From NCBI GenBank assembly GCA_003344405.1, contig NOWV01000109.1:62001-126000 (forward strand): a stretch of 64,000 nucleotides of DNA. Direction: 5' to 3'. This DNA comes from Trichoplax sp. H2. Its lineage: Eukaryota. Below the pieces are notes generated by a model, which had not been told where the DNA came from, made no database searches, and worked only from the letters and a program-made list of their open reading frames with translations. The position numbers and the translations under genes were made by a program. Positions 54,701 to 64,000 of the stretch are shown one piece after another (the first letter of the stretch is position 1; each line of letters begins with the position of its first letter).

Positions 54701-55100
54701 TAATTTTATGAATAGCTTGAGGTATGATCCATTGCCGTAAAGCTTGATTGTATGCAGGTGGTAAATGAATATGCTCTTCGATATAATATGGATAAATACG
54801 TAGCGGCAAAAAAGTCTTGCTTTTCGCTTTATGGTTGACCTAATAAACGAAATATGTTGTAGACAAAGATATTCACTTATTAACTCATTCTACATGGACG
54901 TGCGTAAGCTAGCTTATGATAGCAATCAAATTTGAATATACTACCTGTCCATTTGGGTGTAAGTATTCGTCATAACTTGCGGCATAAGTAGCAGGAGCGG
55001 CAACCATTAATACGGCTAAGTAACAAATAGCAATAATGATAGTGGGAAGGCGGAAAGATGGTCGATCACAAACCAAGATGGATAATAAATAAACGCTCAT
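50831..55100 (-). CDS. Gene E: M8 (leishmanolysin-like) metalloprotease fused in frame to a class-A rhodopsin-like 7TM GPCR; 13 exons, ~821 aa predicted
   Basis: Exons 55100-54945, 54839-54428, 54266-54175, 53990-53899 (VHELLHALGFS; HExxH 53931-53945), 53800-53713, 53438-53359, 53202-53134 (SHWEMRILHGDIMTAA), 53062-52965 (ITLAAMEDSGFY), 52836-52724, 52634-52550, 52313-52155, 51951-51814, 51714-50831. All are GT-AG with consistent phases and sum to 2466 nt (divisible by 3). The protease part is near-certain; the join to the GPCR exon is inferred from splice signals. Confidence 0.8.
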
Positions 55101-56419
55101 ATCTAGCAGTAGTTAGCCTATGTAGCAATTTAAGTGGAGTAGTCTAAGTTTAGAAGTGAACATGTAGCATGTCAATGAGTTACAATTGATAATAAAGTAA
55201 AATATTAATAGGAGAGTGCTGAATTCCTTTTTGATGTTGATAACGTGTATACCGATCAAGATTATTATTTATAACTTGGTTCATTAATTGAATTTTAACA
55301 CTTTTGGTGTCAATAACATCCTGCACTCATACTTTCCATAGCAGTTTGTTAGCCAGTTCTAGGAGTAATCAAACTTAGCAACTCTATCTTTTTGTGATTC
55401 ATTGTGATAAAGTACAAGACGAAGTATACCTTACCAAATTGCAGTATAATATAATTTAAGTAGTAGTGTATTGGTTCAATTTTCCCCTTCCGGCTAGATA
55501 TACGTATTGAGGTATTTGAGGTTAATTTGATGCTATTGTGAACTTTACATAATTTGCACAAATATAAAACGCTAGTATCTAAGCTGTAATTATCACTACA
55601 GGGCGCGATAATACTATATCTCATCTGTAATTCCATCTATAAACTATTGATTGGTTATTATTATCGAAATTATAATTTACCCGAATGATGAGAAACGCTA
55701 ACTTGTTATGCCACAGTGCCAGAGTGTGAGTAAAGAAGTGGAAAATAACATGAGTTGTTGTCATGTTTCGCATCACTTGGATAATGTTAACTTTGTCTTA
55801 TAGCATTTTTTCCATTCATTAGCGTCGATTTATTCTTACGGAATGATTCCATAATTATCGATCACGAAATTGGTGCTACGTTATATAAAGTGGAGATACT
55901 TCTATAAGCATGCTGTTTGTTGGAGTAGTATAATTCACTCATGCACAATGCAACAAATGCTTTTCTCACTCCTAGTACTGATGACAGTGAGTTATACTAT
56001 TTTGATTCATCAATGCTAACCGCTCATTGGAAAATTGCAATCGACTTTGCAATACCAAGTTTAAGTTATAATACGCAGCCGTGTCAAATGCTGTACTGTA
56101 GTATACGATATACTGTACTGTAAATTGTCTGTAATGTTATTATCATTGAATTTGGGGCTGTAAAAGATGGCGCAGATATTCAAATAGTAATTTTATAGCA
56201 CATTAGCAACAGCCTAGAAACGAGTATTGATTTCAACTTGCTAGCACCTGCTGTATACTGTACAATTGTACATTATGCGGTCGAGCGAGGGACTTGTTGT
56301 ACGAATAGCCACTGTCCCTAGTCTGTACAGTATGTGCTTTACAGTAGGATGCACAGAGTCATTGACGGTGCTAAATTTGTGCGTTATCATTGAGTGCAAT
56401 ATGTACTGTACACAGTCAG

Positions 56420-56840
56420 TAAAACCCCTTTCCAATTTTGTAGAAAAGGAGAATTTTTTATTATTATTTAGTGATGCTAACCGTGCAAAGCCCATGATAA
56501 CATCTCCCTATGGTAATCCCTACATCGTTGATTGCATTTCTATTCCTAGTAACTCACGCAGTATAAAGCCCATAGTATGAAAAAAGAAGAAGAATACCGG
56601 TAATAATTAATTAATTATAATGTATCGGTAGACACGTCCAGCTAATATGAACTCTAGTACAACGTCTTTCATTTCGTTTTGGGTAAAACCCATTTCCAAT
56701 TTTGTAGAAAAAAAGGATTTTTATTATTATTATTGAGTGATGCTAGTATAGTATAAAAAAAAAATAATAATAATACTGCATCGGCGGACACGTCAAACTG
56801 ATATTGAACTCTAGTACAACGTCTTTCATTTCGGTTTTGG
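56420..56840. repeat. Degenerate duplicated blocks
   Basis: gtaaaaccc.tttccaattttgtagaaaa...tgatgcta occurs at ~56419 and ~56683. gacacgtc...gaactctagtacaacgtctttcatttcg occurs at ~56631 and ~56787. Confidence 0.75.
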
Positions 56841-57149
56841 ATACTTTAGCTACGAAATAAATGTCACTAAAACTAACATACAAATACACTAGTCGATTAA
56901 TACCGATATCTAGCAATGAATTTCGTAAGTACTCTTATTAAAATATCTGCTACGAAAATAATCACATTGCTGCTGTACAGAGTAGAGTAATTTTGACTGA
57001 ATAGACGAATTGATGCATTACATACAGACATATTGACATACAGACATCCCCATGCGATTTTGAAAGCAAAGTGTACAGATCTACGGACAGATCTCGTACA
57101 GCTTGAAGGCGTTTTTAGTCGATAAGATATGCTCATTGTACAATGTACA

Positions 57150-57236
57150 GTACTGTACTGTACAGTGGCATGGACATTTGAAAGTACTGTACTGTACAGT
57201 ACAGTGGCATGGACATTTGAAAGTACTGTACTGTAC
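57150..57236. repeat. Short tandem repeat (34-39 bp, ~2.3 copies)
   Basis: gtactgtactgtacagt(acagt)ggcatggacatttgaaa is repeated directly. Confidence 0.85.
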
Positions 57237-57630
57237 TTCTAGAGTGAGACACTCGAGAGCTGTTTCAGATAAGAGAACTTTATCACTTGAAGTCCGTCAT
57301 TGGTACAAGGTACTGTAGATTACTCGATGAGTGGGCGATCATGGCACAGTTCAGTACCGGACACTATTATCATACTGTACTGTACACTAATACAGTACTA
57401 CTAGTCAACAGTTTTGTAGTTGACGTCATCACTGTTGTTGACTTGTTGTTACCTATGATCATAAAAGTTGCACGTGACGATACCGTTCCGTACCGTACAG
57501 TACTGTACTCAGTGTGTAGTGTGTGCACTGTGCAGTAAGCCAGTAACTACGTACGGTATAGTAGTCGAAGTTGTAGCGAATGAGTCTGCGTGGTAACAGT
57601 TCGTAGAGAGAATATTTCCTAGCACTATCG

Positions 57631-58492
57631 TGTCATGGCATGGCATACTACTGCGCAGTACAGTAACTGTCCACGATTTGCAGTCGAGTGACGTCGATCA
57701 GGGGCACTTGTTCTACCCAGGGTGGTAAACTACAGTACTGTCGTTTCATGGCATGGCATACTACTGCGCAGTACAGTAACTGTCAACGATTTGCGGTCGA
57801 GTGACGTCAATCAGGGGCACTTGTTCTACCCAGGGTGGTAAACTACTGTACTGTCGTTTCATGGCATGGCATACTACTGCGCAGTACAGTAACTGTCCAC
57901 GATTTGCAGTCGAGTGACGTTGATCAGGGGCACTTGTTCTACCCAGGGTGGTAAACTACAGTACTGTGGTGTCATAGCATGGCATACTACTGCGCAGTAC
58001 AGTAACTGTCCACGATTTGCAGTCGAGTGACGTCGATCAAGGGCACTTGTTCTACCCAGGGTGGTAAACTACAGTACTGTGGTGTCATGGCATGGCATAC
58101 TACTGCGCAGTACAGTAACTGTCCACGATTTGCAGTCGAGTGACGTCGATCAGGGGCACTTGTTCTACCAGGGTGGTAAACTACAGTACTGTGGTGTCAT
58201 GGTATGGCATACTGTACTGTCAACGATTTGCAGTAGAATGACGTCGATCAGGGGCACTTGTTCTACCAGGGTGGTAAACTATAGTACTGTGGTGTCATGG
58301 CATGGCATACTACTGCGCAGTACAGTAACTGTCCACGATTTGCGGTAGAGTGACGTCGATCAGGGGCACTTGTTCTACCAGGGTGGTAAACTACTGTACA
58401 CTGTACACTGTACAGTACTGTCGTGTCATGGCATGGCATACTACTGCGCAGTACAGTAACTGTCCACGATTTACAGTCGAGTGACGTCGATC
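57631..58492. repeat. Tandem minisatellite array, ~113-bp unit, ~7.6 copies, GC-richer than background
   Basis: Unit tgtcatggcatggcatactactgcgcagtacagtaactgtccacgatttgcagtcgagtgacgtcgatcaggggcacttgttctacccagggtggtaaactacagtactgt.. starts at 57631, 57744, 57857, 57970, 58083, 58195, 58293 and 58424. One copy has an internal deletion and one has a ctgtaca expansion. Confidence 0.97.
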
Positions 58493-61110
58493 GTCATTTA
58501 AGTGAAGTTATTACCCCTGGCGTCCTCTCGCCAAACATCATTCTCTACTGGATCGATCATGCGCTTGATTTACTTCATTAGACCAATCTAATTGCTGGTG
58601 TTGTACGCCATCGAAAATCATCTTGACACAGGCTCTGCCCCTGGCCTGCCTTGTTATTCATTAGCCATCACACGCAATCATCGTTCAATCGGTCGTTCCA
58701 TCATAGATTTCATACGGACTCAAATTACGTACCGGCCATTGCCAGTTCGCGACGGCCACGAAGATTTACCGTCCAATTATTCACGAGCCAGTCGGGCGAC
58801 ATATGACAGCATGAATGAAGGTAGGTCTCAGCCAAATACGAGAGTGAAAGAGAATGATTGTAGCAATCAGTGATTGAACTAGTCGTCAACACGAGTGTAC
58901 AGTATGGACAAGTCACCCGTGGTACATGCCTGCCGTATGGTCATGAATTTGCATGGAGCAATGACGATAGAACGATAGTTCGATCATACTATGATCAATC
59001 TTCAGGATATCATCAATATGGATGATGGTGCATCGAGAGGATGCAGTCACTATCCTATACTGTACTTGCAGCCACCACTTACAATACTGTCCATCAAGCG
59101 TTCAATCCTACAAACAGAAATCAACCATTTGTTATGACCAATTTGTCTTCACCATCCAACCAATCTTATTCGTTATTATGACTCAAATTGATAATGTGAC
59201 AAGGATAAATTAGTGCTTATAGGAGTAAATACCATGAAATACTTGAAAGATAGACAGTGGGATAAATGCTTCGTTAAGATGAATTTGTCTCTACGCGACT
59301 TCACTTCGGCTCGATTGCCGCCTCCATTGAATGATTGTTAGATGAGGATTGAATTGAATGATAGAACAAGTATAAATCATTGAAAATAAATAAATAGCCA
59401 TCGCGTAGGATATGATGTGGTATAGCTTATTCTAAGGTCGATAAACACTATGGACTCGACATAACCACTTCGGTTATGGGGCAGCCTCCATTCAACTACT
59501 ATTCCAAACGACGAGGTCGTAGATTACCGTAGACAAAGATTTTGTTTTAATATTAAAATATGATGTAATGTCAATTTTACACTTTATCGGATACTACTCG
59601 TAAACCTTCATTGATTACCACAAATATGCAGATCTCATGTACAGTAGTATGGCTAGTCGCTGCTAATCATAAAGGTGGATGGAATTTTCGATTCAAAAAT
59701 TAGCGATAGGCAATCTATCTATACCATAGATAGGTAAAAGTAGTCCATAGAATAATGACCTCTTTCATTAAACAGATTGCTCGACTGCTATGAACATGTT
59801 GTTATTCTATCATGATGTATTGGAATAATTGCATCAATAACAAGGCCGTGCTGTTGTTCATCATACAAGTATCCACATTATTATATTCAACAATCCTCTT
59901 ATGATTTTTTGACTCTACTTGCATTTCATTAATCGGGCTACGACTATCTAGCAATCATCTGTTATGAGCCATTACTATTAATTTGATTGGTAGTACCAAC
60001 CCTTGAAACGTTGATCATTGCTGAAGATGAACAGATAAAATGCATCATGTCGCTTTTTAGGCTATCTGCTTCATGTGTTTACTTTAACTGCTGTACTCTT
60101 GTTATTTTACCATCGTAATATTGCTACAATGACGTGTACAACTTATGGACAGCTGTATTGATAGAGCGAGTGTACTAGAAAAAATTAGAGGAGATTATTA
60201 TGGCTGATTTTATAACTCATGACCACAAACTCAAAAATTAGATCAAGCTGTATTTATACGAGTATTCTACCATTCCAATGGATAAATGATTTAATATTAC
60301 GTAGGTTATTTTTCCCCTTGAGTAACCTAACCTCGATCTTGCACGAATCAATTATAATTATTGACTACGCTGTGGATGGATTGATCGTCAATATTAGTAA
60401 ATGAACGAAAATAGTATTCTTATTGCATAGGAGATAGAGTTAACCGATCCATTTCTTGTACTATAGAATACAGCAAGTCGATATTTTCTTACTGGGATTC
60501 ATAGCGCTATATTTGATCTGTACTTGTTTAGTATATACTACATCCTACTGTAGATCGAATAAAAAATAGCATCCAAATTGGTATGTACAGTAGACTTTTA
60601 CATGATGATTATGTTTGGTTAATCTTTTTCTTGATCGCAATCCTTTTGTTCTAGTTGCGAAACTTACAACGATTAGAAGTGCATTATATATCATATACGT
60701 GCATGCTTAAATCGGACACTTGATAGTTAAACTATCCATGCCGCTGCAATAATTCAGTGAGAGCATCCGACTCTTTGACGTTTGCCTACCTACAGGGATC
60801 TTGTACAATAATTAATGAATCAATCAATTATCTAACAATTCAAGAAAATTTTTATCGAATCATGAAATAACCGCTCTCATATATTTTATAATCTGTCGTC
60901 AGCCTTACTTTAACTTATTGCATTGCAGTATCTCTCAACGGATTGATAGTTATCAGGAGCATTACAGGATTGTAAACTATGATTCACATCATGTTTAATT
61001 CGAAGTAATTACAACTATGCATTGCATACAATCACCCCCATATTGTCACCAATTTTGTAAATGGGACTAAAAAACTCACGATCTGATTTCAACTGTTTAA
61101 TATTGTACAG

Positions 61111-63944
<2,834 letters not shown>

Positions 63945-64000
63945 GTAAGTATATCTTGCTATCTATACTCATATTGAAAGAAGATAATTTTTCATACCTA

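Noticed and set aside
57645-57660. Metal-response element upstream of NRAMP
   Set aside because: TGCGCAG does not fit the MTF-1 core TGCRCNC.
57103-58348. Plus-strand ORFs 57103-57318, 57287-57538 and 58061-58348
   Set aside because: They are translations of the tandem and simple repeats with no protein-like features.
57631-58492. CRISPR array or hammerhead ribozyme in the 113-bp repeat
   Set aside because: Units are contiguous with no unique spacers and the context is eukaryotic. The minus strand has CTGATCGA...GAAAC but not the exact CUGANGA core with supporting stems.
58592-59520. Definite NRAMP start exon
   Set aside because: Two phase-compatible candidates (ATGAATGAAG|GTAGGT at 58811; ATGGGG...CGAG|GTCGT at ~59476) cannot be resolved without transcripts.

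Overview
AT-rich, intron-dense eukaryotic DNA. The short GT-AG introns and gene content suggest an early-branching animal such as a placozoan; this is inference only. About 54 kb (948-55100) is a head-to-tail, minus-strand tandem array of five related genes reconstructed by hand from splice sites and reading phase. Four encode leishmanolysin/invadolysin-type (peptidase M8) zinc metalloproteases with HExxH, SHWE and the Met-turn, and they share the same 12-exon protease core. They differ in what is spliced on at one shared phase-1 intron: furin-like Cys repeats, a stalk and one TM helix in A, B and D, but an entire class-A (rhodopsin-like) 7TM GPCR exon in E. The result is an apparent metalloprotease-GPCR fusion of about 821 aa, the main finding. 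The fifth gene (C) keeps the signal peptide, Cys repeats, stalk and TM but shows no protease domain. Gene D carries a single 1-nt frameshift. The right end holds a GC-richer ~113-bp tandem array and the 5' exons of a plus-strand NRAMP/SLC11 metal transporter. Many short local tandem duplications occur in introns and spacers.
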